The notes under the pieces are model-generated. The model saw only the letters and a list, made by a program, of their open reading frames with translations. It did not search any database and had not been told where the DNA came from. The translations under genes and the position numbers were made by a program. Positions 1 to 10,339 of a stretch of 17,773 nucleotides of DNA are shown here, piece after piece. Each line of letters opens with the position of its first letter. The stretch's first letter is position 1. Source of the stretch: an uncultured archaeon (GTDB lineage: Archaea > Asgardarchaeota > Lokiarchaeia > Sigyniarchaeales > SOKP01); contig CAYLZE010000098.1 in the NCBI GenBank assembly GCA_964388035.1, positions 1 to 17,773 on the forward strand. Reading direction: 5' to 3'.

Positions 1-593
1 TCTTAATGTTAACTGGTAAGATATTTGAACTTGGGGACCTTATTGATACAAATGGTGTGCAGGGCATAGTCAATGACATCACTTTAAATTATACTAAAAT
101 TAAGGAATTTGATGGTGTAATTAATTATTTGCCAAATGTGAATATATTTAATTCATCTGTGACAAAGTTTACGCATAAAATGTCTAAAAAAGTAAATCAT
201 GAAGAAATGCCCGAGAATGGAAATACAAAAGATAAGGTTGTCCAGTATGGAAAAATGGTTAAAAAAATTATAGAAAGTGATAAAAAAGTTACTTCTTACG
301 TTAAAAATGTAGAAGTCCTTGGAACATTAAATCCCAAAGAATTGGATTCATTATTATCTCAAATATTTGATAAATATGAAACAATATTGGGCTTGCGTCC
401 TACTTATAACGTAAATAATTCAGTGGCTGATCGATTTAGCTTATCCCTGAGAATAAATTCCACCGATCCCCAGCTGGTCCTTAAATATACGGATGCATTC
501 ACGAGAGATGTACTATTCAAACTCCATTATAATGATATCTTTTCGGGATGGAAAGAATATAAGAGTAAGAATAAGGGAAAGGAGGGATCGTGA
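1..593 (+). CDS. MscS-family mechanosensitive channel-like protein (5'-partial)
   Basis: IFELGDLIDTNGVQGIVNDITLNYTKIKEFDGVINYLPN matches the MscS middle beta-domain pattern (FxxGDxIx...GxVxxIxLxxTxIxxxDG...PN). The frame is open to the window edge and the TM helices are missing, so the true start lies upstream and ATG at 6 is probably internal. Confidence 0.75.
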   Translation, partial: LMLTGKIFELGDLIDTNGVQGIVNDITLNYTKIKEFDGVINYLPNVNIFNSSVTKFTHKMSKKVNHEEMPENGNTKDKVVQYGKMVKKIIESDKKVTSYVKNVEVLGTLNPKELDSLLSQIFDKYETILGLRPTYNVNNSVADRFSLSLRINSTDPQLVLKYTDAFTRDVLFKLHYNDIFSGWKEYKSKNKGKEGS

Positions 594-595
594 AT

Positions 596-1504
596 ATGGC
601 ATTATTCAGCACAGATTTAGAAGCAAGCATTTATATTGTACTAATAACGATAATCTTAATCTTAATTAACAACTTGGTCTCCTTTTTGCTGAAAAAGCTT
701 AAATCGGTTTCCATTAAATATCGCACCATCGCGAAGTTCGTTTTAAGATTAGCCTCTATCATATCAATAATATATCTTATAATTGAGGGATTACCATCTT
801 TTACGTCAATTGATCCCACTTATCAGGCAATTCTTACGGGCTCTATTAGCACGGCTATTGCATTTGCATCAAGTGGAATTTTTTCTAATTTAATTTCGGG
901 TATTATTTTATTGATTCTTAGACCTTTCGATGTTGGTGACTTAGTTAAAATTAATAATGATAAGGGTATTATTCGATCCGTTAATTTAACCAGAATTGTC
1001 ATGGAAACTTTTGATTATATTATCATTCAAAAGTCGAATAGTACCGTAATTTCTTCTCCGATTGTAAATTACACCATTAAATTGGGGAAATTAAAAAATT
1101 TTCAAGAGTTCCAAAAGAAAATCAACGCACCTTTAGATGAGGGCATTATCGACATGTTCTCTCGCTCCCCCGATGAACAGAAATTAGATTATGAAAAAGA
1201 TTTACAATTACTCTATGATAAAATTTCGAAGAAACGAGCGCATAATATTTACGTTTATTCTTTTGTCATGGATTTCCCTTATGTGCGATTTAGAATCATA
1301 TTGGATCAAGTGGAAGACTTATGCAGAGAATATCGGGAAAAATATATTTTTGGTTTAAAACCCCGTTATAATGTATTAAGCTTTGGATTTAAAATTCAAT
1401 TAAAAATTCGAATTTTAAGTTTAAATTCAGATAAAATCTTTGATCATCAATCTCAATTTGCAAATGATCTAAATAAGATAATCTATGCGAATAAAATGAA
1501 TTAA
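596..1504 (+). CDS. MscS-family mechanosensitive channel-like protein
   Basis: Three N-terminal hydrophobic segments, then AIAFASSGIFSNLISGIILLILRPFDVGDLVKIN..G.I..VNL (TM3 plus beta-domain). SD-like GGAGGG at 581-586 fits ATG 596. GTG 590, overlapping the upstream TGA, is an alternative start. Confidence 0.85.
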   Translation: MALFSTDLEASIYIVLITIILILINNLVSFLLKKLKSVSIKYRTIAKFVLRLASIISIIYLIIEGLPSFTSIDPTYQAILTGSISTAIAFASSGIFSNLISGIILLILRPFDVGDLVKINNDKGIIRSVNLTRIVMETFDYIIIQKSNSTVISSPIVNYTIKLGKLKNFQEFQKKINAPLDEGIIDMFSRSPDEQKLDYEKDLQLLYDKISKKRAHNIYVYSFVMDFPYVRFRIILDQVEDLCREYREKYIFGLKPRYNVLSFGFKIQLKIRILSLNSDKIFDHQSQFANDLNKIIYANKMN

Positions 1505-1590
1505 TTAATTCTAAATTCGTAAAATTTACAAATTTTCATTCCCTTTTTCCTTTAATTTATCGATTTCTAATTGAGTTTTTTATTAATACA

Positions 1591-2460
1591 ATGAATGCAA
1601 TTCACATGAAACTTTTCGAAGATTTAGATATCGGAGAGCGATTTCCTACCGTAGTTATGGGCGTACTAAACATCAGTCCGGAATCATTTTATGAAGGGTC
1701 CATCTATACCACCCAAAATGAATTACGAGATGCAACAGAACAAATGATTAGAAATGGTGCTAAAATATTGGACATGGGAGGTCGTTCGACAGCGCCATGG
1801 TCTAAAAAAATAACGATTAAAGAAGAAATCGCTCGTCTTGGTCCTGCTTTGGAATATATCTGCCCTATTATTCCTGATAGTATCATTCTTTCGGTTGACA
1901 CTCAATACGAGCAAGTGGCACAAAAAGCTCATGAAATCATTGCAAAATACAATAAAAAGATGATTCTTAATGATGTTAGTTGCTTAAAAACAGACTCATC
2001 TTTAATCGAATTCATTATTAGAACTCAGATTCCAATTATTATTATGGCTTCTAAAAAAGTTCCGGGAGATTTATTGGAAATGGATGACATTTTGCTAGAA
2101 TTCAAAAATGTTCTCAAATTGTTAGATAATAAAGGATACGATACGAAAAAGATAATTCTCGATCCAGGTATTGGTCATTGGGTCGAGGAAAAAAGTTATA
2201 AATACGATTTAAAAATCATTAATAACCTAAAGAAACTCAAAGAATTGAACCAACCCATACTTGTAGCCATATCGAGGAAATCATTTATTGGAGAAATCTT
2301 AAAAACACCTAACCCAAAAGATCGATTGAATGGAACTCTCTCCGCAACAGCTATTGCAGTTTACAATGGGGCGAACATTGTAAGAACTCATGATGTCAAT
2401 CGACAATTAAGTGAAATAATTAAAATTGCAGAACAACTCCGCTGGCAACAAAATCAATAA
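1591..2460 (+). CDS. folP: Dihydropteroate synthase (pterin-binding TIM barrel), archaeal-type
   Basis: Motifs VMGVLNISPESFY, LDMGGRSTAP, SVDT, LNDVS, ILDPGIG, SRKSFIG and IVRTHDV. Alternative start at ATG 1606. Confidence 0.88.
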   Translation: MNAIHMKLFEDLDIGERFPTVVMGVLNISPESFYEGSIYTTQNELRDATEQMIRNGAKILDMGGRSTAPWSKKITIKEEIARLGPALEYICPIIPDSIILSVDTQYEQVAQKAHEIIAKYNKKMILNDVSCLKTDSSLIEFIIRTQIPIIIMASKKVPGDLLEMDDILLEFKNVLKLLDNKGYDTKKIILDPGIGHWVEEKSYKYDLKIINNLKKLKELNQPILVAISRKSFIGEILKTPNPKDRLNGTLSATAIAVYNGANIVRTHDVNRQLSEIIKIAEQLRWQQNQ

Positions 2461-2942
2461 TACCTCATTCTAAGCAAATTTTTGGGGTGAAAATTATAAG
2501 TGCTCTAAATTGTAATTTCTAATTTTCTTATCTTTTCGATAAAGAATTATCCTCTTCTTAATAAAGATATAATTAAGCTGTTTTTTCTTTGATTCATCTG
2601 AAAAAATTAAATTTTATATAAGAATTTGTCATCATTTAAATTTTTTTTACTAAAATGCGTGTTACGCCATATAGAATTGTCTAATTTTTATTAATCATTT
2701 CTTAGGTATGAAAAATTAGAAAGGTAAATAAGGAGTCGCTTTTTGAGAAAAAATAAATTTTTTTATGAGAATTGGTGAAAGTGAATGAGCTCCAACAAAT
2801 TTTGTTTCTTTCCGCTACAATAAAATTTGTATAAACATTAATAAGGAGAAATCATTATATATATATTAGAGAGATATATCTTTTTCAGTTCAGATTATAT
2901 TTTAAACCGAGTTTTATAGAATTTTTTACCCCAATCTATTAA

Positions 2943-4931
<1,989 letters not shown>

Positions 4932-4973
4932 TTGAACGTTTAATTAAATATAAAATAGGGATGAGGTTATTTT

Positions 4974-7427
4974 ATGACTACGGAACAAATTGATGAAGTT
5001 TTATTAAAGAATGAAATGGAAAGCAGTTATATCGACTATGCAATGTCTGTAGTCGTTGGGAGAGCGATTCCAGATGTGAGAGATGGACTCAAGCCCGTAC
5101 ATAAGAGAATTATTTATGCAATGGAAGATAATAATCAATTATTTAATCGTCCTCACGTGAAGAGCGCTAGAATCGTGGGAGAGGTTTTGGGGAAATATCA
5201 TCCTCACGGAGATGCTGCTATTTATAACAGCTTGGTGCGAATGGCTCAAGATTTTTCCTTACGGTATCCTCTTATTAATCCCCAAGGAAATTTTGGATCA
5301 ATTGATGGAGATGAACCTGCTGCCATGCGATATACGGAAGCAAGGCTTTCCGAAATCGCAAATGAGTTAATTGAAGACTTACATAAAGATACGGTAGATT
5401 TTCAACCGAATTTTGACGATAGCTTGCAAGAACCTCGCTATTTGCCTGCTAAATTACCAAACATTTTAGTGAATGGCACTAAAGGGATAGCAGTTGGAAT
5501 GGCAACCTCCATGCCCCCTCATAATTTGATAGAAATTTGCCAAGGAATCATTTCTACGATAGATAATCCTGACATTTCCGTAGAAGAACTCATGGAAATC
5601 ATTAAAGGACCCGATTTTCCCACGGGAGGGATTATTACCAATACCACGGGAATATATAATGCATATTCCACGGGAAGGGGAAAAATATCTCTTAGGGGGA
5701 AAGTTAAACTGGAGGCAAAGGGTGAAAAAAAGAGGCTCGTAATTATAGAGATTCCTTATTTAATAAACAAGACGAGTCTGGTGGAATCCATTGCGAAACT
5801 AATTAAGGATGGAGTGCTAAAAGATGTAAAGGATTTGCGTGATGAATCTGACAGAGAAGGGTTGCGAATTGTATTAGATCTAAAAACCAATGCTCAGCCC
5901 TCTATAATCAAAAACATTCTTTTTAAACGTACGAGATTATTCACTCGTTTTATAATATTAAATTTAGTACTTACTAATGATGGTAAACTTCCTAAAATCC
6001 TTACATTAAGAGAATTAATTCAAGAATATATTGATCATAGATTAAATATAATCTTACGTCGTTCGGAATTCGATCGCAAAAAAGCAAAAAAAAGATTGCA
6101 TAAAGTAGAGGGATTATTAATCGCTCTCGACAATATTGATGAAGTGATTAAAATAATTAAGTCTTCTCGAGATGCGGATGAAGCAAAAACTAAATTAATA
6201 AGTTCTTACCTGTTAAGTGAAATTCAGGTAAAGGCAATTTTGAACATGCCTCTCTCAAGATTAACCAACTTAGAAAAGCAGAAACTAATTGATGAAAAGA
6301 CCTCGTTGACGAGCACAATTAAAGAATTAACAGATATTATAACTTCAAAAGAATTACGGCTCACAATTATCAAAAAGGAACTCACCGAAATGAGTAAAAA
6401 ATATGGGGATGAGCGTCGTACTAAGATCCTTCAAAATGAGGGGCTAAGAGATCTTGTGAAGAAGGACCTCATTAAAAAAGAGCCTACCATTGTTATAATG
6501 ACTAATAATCATTATATTAAGAGAATTTCTTTAGATGAATATGAAACCCAAAAACGAGGTGGGCGAGGAAAGAAAGGGATTACGATTGGAGAAGAAGATT
6601 TTATTTTAGATTTATTTGTATGTTCTACTCACGATACTATCCTCTTCTTCACGTCAAAAGGTCGTGTTTATTCCATAAAGGCTTTTGAAATTCCCTCTCA
6701 AAAACGGACTTCAAAAGGAAAACCGATCGTCAACATGATTCCCTTAAAAGAAAACGAAGATATTTCAGAAATGATCCCTATTAACAATTTTAATACCAAT
6801 GACATGCTCATCATGGTAACTCAAAAAGGGATCATAAAAAAATGCAGATTAAAGCTATTCTCTAAAATAAACAAATCAGGAATTAGAGCTCAAAAAATAA
6901 AACCCGAGGATATCTTGGTCCGCGTTAAAAAATTAACTAATGAATTACAAGATATTTTTATCACGACAAAATTGGGATATGCTATCAGATTTGATGAAAC
7001 AGAATTACGAGAACTGGGAAGAACATCAATGGGAGTTAAGGGAGTCGACTTGCGCGAAGATGATGAGGTGATAGATTGCTTGCTGGTAACGGATGATGAT
7101 ATCGTACTCACTATCACTAAAAAGGGCTATGCTCAAAGGACATTGATCAAAGAATATCGTAAAACAGGGAGAGCGGCGAAAGGTGTCATAAACATTACTT
7201 TACAAGAGGAAGAAAGAGATGAAGTCATCGCTTCGAGGATAGCTAAAGATAAAGATTTAATTATAGGAACAGAACAAGGGCAGATGATCCGGGTTCCCGT
7301 GGATTCCATTCGAATAACACATCGAAAGGCAAAAGGAGTGCGCGCCATTAATCTTTACGAAGATGATAATGTTTCAGCAATCGGAAAATGTGCAAAAGAA
7401 ATGAGCGATGAAGAATTGGACAATTAG
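4974..7427 (+). CDS. gyrA: DNA gyrase subunit A
   Basis: YAMSVVVGRAIPDVRDGLKPVHKR, GKYHPHGD, catalytic AAMRYTE, GPDFPTGG, GyrA-box QKRGGRG (6549-6569) and a beta-pinwheel CTD. The GyrA-box distinguishes it from ParC. SD GAGGT at 4963-4967. Confidence 0.97.
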   Translation: MTTEQIDEVLLKNEMESSYIDYAMSVVVGRAIPDVRDGLKPVHKRIIYAMEDNNQLFNRPHVKSARIVGEVLGKYHPHGDAAIYNSLVRMAQDFSLRYPLINPQGNFGSIDGDEPAAMRYTEARLSEIANELIEDLHKDTVDFQPNFDDSLQEPRYLPAKLPNILVNGTKGIAVGMATSMPPHNLIEICQGIISTIDNPDISVEELMEIIKGPDFPTGGIITNTTGIYNAYSTGRGKISLRGKVKLEAKGEKKRLVIIEIPYLINKTSLVESIAKLIKDGVLKDVKDLRDESDREGLRIVLDLKTNAQPSIIKNILFKRTRLFTRFIILNLVLTNDGKLPKILTLRELIQEYIDHRLNIILRRSEFDRKKAKKRLHKVEGLLIALDNIDEVIKIIKSSRDADEAKTKLISSYLLSEIQVKAILNMPLSRLTNLEKQKLIDEKTSLTSTIKELTDIITSKELRLTIIKKELTEMSKKYGDERRTKILQNEGLRDLVKKDLIKKEPTIVIMTNNHYIKRISLDEYETQKRGGRGKKGITIGEEDFILDLFVCSTHDTILFFTSKGRVYSIKAFEIPSQKRTSKGKPIVNMIPLKENEDISEMIPINNFNTNDMLIMVTQKGIIKKCRLKLFSKINKSGIRAQKIKPEDILVRVKKLTNELQDIFITTKLGYAIRFDETELRELGRTSMGVKGVDLREDDEVIDCLLVTDDDIVLTITKKGYAQRTLIKEYRKTGRAAKGVINITLQEEERDEVIASRIAKDKDLIIGTEQGQMIRVPVDSIRITHRKAKGVRAINLYEDDNVSAIGKCAKEMSDEELDN

Positions 7428-7493
7428 AATCAACATGTCCTTGAAATGATTAATGCGTATCATATTGCCTAAACTTCGGACTTTTCCTTATTT

Positions 7494-7515
7494 ATTAGGT
7501 TAATACCTAATTTTT
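7494..7515 (+). terminator. Hairpin plus T-tract downstream of gyrA (candidate terminator)
   Basis: ATTAGGT-TAAT-ACCTAAT (7-bp perfect stem) followed by TTTT, about 65 nt after the gyrA stop. Confidence 0.4.
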
Positions 7516-7523
7516 AAAAATGA

Positions 7524-7649
7524 TTATAGAGTTATTACCTTGATATCACAAGGAATATTTTTATAGAGTTATTACCTTGATATCACAAGGAATATTTTAA
7601 ATTCTTATAGAGTTTTTACCTTGATATCACAAGGAATATTTTAAACTCT
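7524..7649. repeat. Three tandem copies of a 37-bp palindrome-containing repeat (periods 37 and 44 bp)
   Basis: TTATAGAGTT(A/T)TTACCTTGATATCACAAGGAATATTT at 7524-7560, 7561-7597 and 7605-7641. Copies 2 and 3 are followed by TAAA(T/C)TC. The core is CCTTG-ATATCA-CAAGG. Confidence 0.95.
7639..7645 (+). promoter_or_regulatory. Candidate archaeal TATA box for the GIFT-RHH gene
   Basis: TTTTAAA preceded by purine-rich AAGGAA (BRE-like), 48 nt upstream of ATG 7693 and overlapping the end of repeat copy 3. Confidence 0.3.
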
Positions 7650-7692
7650 TGCTTTGAACTTCTCATGTTATGACTATCTAATAGGGAGTGAA

Positions 7693-8655
7693 ATGGAAAG
7701 TAATAGAAGAAATACTATAGGATTTGATCAATCTCATAATAATAAATTAATAATAGAAGAACCTGCTTTTTCAGATTTCTTAGAATATTTATTCAATTCC
7801 AATTTTAAAATTGGCAAAATTGAAGCGGGTTTAAATTATGAAAAACTCTCAGTATATGAAATATTTTTTATAGGGCTTCCAGAAGACTCATATCTTGAAG
7901 ATCACGAGATCGTGGATTTGGTTAAATACGTAGAAGATGGAGGAAGCTTATTCATTATAAATGATAATGGGGGAGACGTGAAAAATAAAAATAACCTATC
8001 TATTTTAACGAAACATTTCGGAATTTTTTTTAATCCTGATGAATTACATGATGAGGAACAATTTTCCTTGGATTCTTCTCGCCCCATTATAACGGATTTT
8101 CAATCTCATTTTATCAGCAATGATTTAACACAAATAATACATTCCAAAGGTTGCACCCTTACAGTTGATAAATCTATCGAACAAGAACAAGAAATAGATT
8201 TTAATATACACGTAAATGCTATAGCTTTTTCTTCGGAAAGTACCTCTTGGCGTGAGTATTACAATGGTGAAGAATGGATAAAAGAATCAAATATAAAACT
8301 GCCCATTATTGCTGCTACTCATTATGGACTGGGAAAAGTTGTGGCAATTGGAAATTTATCCATTTTTTCCAGCCTGCAAGATTCATATGGGATAAAAGCG
8401 GCAGATGATTTTAAATTTATATCAAATTCAATTGCTTGGCTATTGAATAAAGCATTTTCTGAAGAAATTAAGCAAACGCTCCCCATCATGCTTACGATTC
8501 CTATTGATCAAGAAATTTTTTATTGGATAAAAGAGAAGATTAAGCAAGGAAAATGGAAAAACATAAAGGAAATCGTAAATTTTGCTCTAAGAGTCGTAAA
8601 AATAAGAGAAGAAAATTCATCCCCTAAAAGAGAAGAATCCTTTTTAGGGATTTGA
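7693..8655 (+). CDS. GIFT (GldG/IFT52, DUF4350-like) domain protein with a C-terminal ribbon-helix-helix domain
   Basis: TIGFDQSHN..., EI..LVKYVEDGGSLFII.D.GG...N..L...FGI.FN.D, GCTLTV and PIIAA...G.GKVVAIG...IFS......D..F..N.I.WL follow the GIFT-domain pattern. The C-terminal LTIPIDQEIFYWIKEKIKQGKWKNIKEIVNFALR (within 8482-8601) resembles a CopG/ParD-type RHH. ATG 7693 with AGGGAG upstream is preferred over TTG 7654. Confidence 0.72.
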   Translation: MESNRRNTIGFDQSHNNKLIIEEPAFSDFLEYLFNSNFKIGKIEAGLNYEKLSVYEIFFIGLPEDSYLEDHEIVDLVKYVEDGGSLFIINDNGGDVKNKNNLSILTKHFGIFFNPDELHDEEQFSLDSSRPIITDFQSHFISNDLTQIIHSKGCTLTVDKSIEQEQEIDFNIHVNAIAFSSESTSWREYYNGEEWIKESNIKLPIIAATHYGLGKVVAIGNLSIFSSLQDSYGIKAADDFKFISNSIAWLLNKAFSEEIKQTLPIMLTIPIDQEIFYWIKEKIKQGKWKNIKEIVNFALRVVKIREENSSPKREESFLGI

Positions 8656-8693
8656 ATTAATTATTATATCTTTAATTAATAGCGTGAAATAAA

Positions 8694-9224
8694 ATGATTA
8701 AAACTTCAAAAAAGGAACTTCTAATCGGTTTAATATCTGATACTCACGTTCCATCTCGAGAACCAGCTATACCCGAACAGATCATAAAAGATTTTAAACG
8801 ACGAAAAATCGATTTTCTCTTTCACATGGGAGATTTTGAACAGTATTCTGTATACGAGAAATTAATTGAAACCTTTGGAAAAGATAAGGTAATTGCTGTC
8901 TTTGGGAACATGGATGATGAAAAAATCAGAAAAATGCTACCGTCCCAATTAGAATTCGATTTGTTTGGTCATAAAATTTTCATGACCCACGGTTTAGGCG
9001 GTCCGAACATTATTATTAAACGGCTCAATAAAAATTTTGATCTATCCAAATACGATATCATTATTTTTGGGCACGTGCATCGTCCATATAACGAGAGATG
9101 GAGAGATGGAAAGCTTTATTTGAATCCTGGAACACCTACTGATAAGAGATTTACAGATATTAATTCTTATGCTTTTCTAACACTTTCTGAGTCAAAAGTT
9201 AATTTTGATCTTGTTTATCTCTAA
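8694..9224 (+). CDS. Metallophosphoesterase, MJ0936/YfcE/Vps29 family
   Basis: ISDTH, HMGD, GNMD, THG, FGHVH and LNPG calcineurin-like motifs in a 176-aa protein. Confidence 0.9.
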   Translation: MIKTSKKELLIGLISDTHVPSREPAIPEQIIKDFKRRKIDFLFHMGDFEQYSVYEKLIETFGKDKVIAVFGNMDDEKIRKMLPSQLEFDLFGHKIFMTHGLGGPNIIIKRLNKNFDLSKYDIIIFGHVHRPYNERWRDGKLYLNPGTPTDKRFTDINSYAFLTLSESKVNFDLVYL

Positions 9225-9253
9225 ACTTTTTTAAATTGAATTCTCTAAAGGTT

Positions 9254-9276
9254 GAAATTCATTCCCATTGAATTTC
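9254..9276. other. Inverted repeat downstream of the phosphoesterase gene
   Basis: GAAATTCA-N7-TGAATTTC, an 8-bp perfect stem. It could be a terminator or an operator. Confidence 0.35.
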
Positions 9277-9386
9277 TCTAGTTTAAAAACTTGATTTCAC
9301 TCCGAACCATTTTATATAATGAAAACTTCTAATAAAATTGATGATTATTTGAATTCTTAACAAGTTAGTTGATAATATTTCCCTTA

Positions 9387-10262
9387 ATGGAGGAGGTAGT
9401 AATTCTGCAAGAATTTAGCTTATCTTCTAAAGAAAGTAAAGTAGTTATATTAGGATCTGGCACACCTATTCCCGATCCTAATAAATCCGGGCCCTCAGTT
9501 GCTATTATTGTGGGAAATTTTTCGTATATTGTAGATTGCGGACCGGGCATTGTGAGAAGAGCCGTTGCCGCACATCAAAAATATGCTCTAAAAGCACTTG
9601 AACTTAAAAATCTAAAAAGGTTATTTTTAACTCATCTCCACAGTGATCACACCCTCGGGTATTCTGATTTAATCTTTACTCCTTGGGTAATGGGAAGGAA
9701 TGCACCCTTGAATACTTATGGACCTAAAGGAACTCTTGCCATGACGAATCATTTGCTCGCAGCTTATAGAGAGGATATAAGAGAACGTGTGGACGGATTA
9801 GAACATGCCAATAATCGTGGTTATCGTGTCAACGTTCAAGAAATTAACCCCGGTCTTATTTACGAAGATAATCGAGTGAAAGTGGAAGCATTTTTGGTCA
9901 ATCATGGTTCTTGGCCATGTTTTGGATTTAAATTTTTTACTCCCGACAGAGTTATCGTGATTTCTGGAGATACGGCGCCAACTGACCATTTAATAGACCA
10001 TTATATGAACTGTAATGTTTTAATTCATGAAGTGTATGCATCTAAAGCTTTTACCACGCGACCAATGGCATGGCAAGTATATCATTCTCATGTTCACACA
10101 TCAAGTCGAGAATTATCTAGAATTGCTTCTAAAGTTAAACCGGATTTATTAATTTTATACCATCAACTTTACTGGAACTCTACGGATGATGAACTAATCG
10201 CTGAAATTAAAGCTAATTATTCCGGAAGGATTGTTTCGGGAAAAGATTTAGAGATATATTAA
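9387..10262 (+). CDS. MBL-fold metallohydrolase (RNase Z/AtsA-like superfamily, no exosite arm)
   Basis: ILGSGTP, VDCGPG, THLHSDH, NHG, SGDT, HEV, HT and YH motifs. The start is uncertain: ATG 9387 or SD-positioned CTG 9405. Confidence 0.88.
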   Translation: MEEVVILQEFSLSSKESKVVILGSGTPIPDPNKSGPSVAIIVGNFSYIVDCGPGIVRRAVAAHQKYALKALELKNLKRLFLTHLHSDHTLGYSDLIFTPWVMGRNAPLNTYGPKGTLAMTNHLLAAYREDIRERVDGLEHANNRGYRVNVQEINPGLIYEDNRVKVEAFLVNHGSWPCFGFKFFTPDRVIVISGDTAPTDHLIDHYMNCNVLIHEVYASKAFTTRPMAWQVYHSHVHTSSRELSRIASKVKPDLLILYHQLYWNSTDDELIAEIKANYSGRIVSGKDLEIY

Positions 10263-10314
10263 GATAAATAAGAAGAATTTGCTTTAAATTTCTTTTAATG
10301 CGAGAAATTATTAA

Positions 10315-10339
10315 CAAGGAAAAAGAGATAAAAAAATAA
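10315..10339 (-). terminator. T-rich terminator after the GTPase gene
   Basis: The minus strand reads TTATTTTTTTATCTCTTTTTCCTTG immediately after the stop codon, an archaeal-type oligo-T tract. Confidence 0.4.

Noticed and set aside
7524-7649. CRISPR array
   Set aside because: The repeats are directly adjacent or separated by only 7 near-identical bases. There are no unique spacers and no cas genes in the window.
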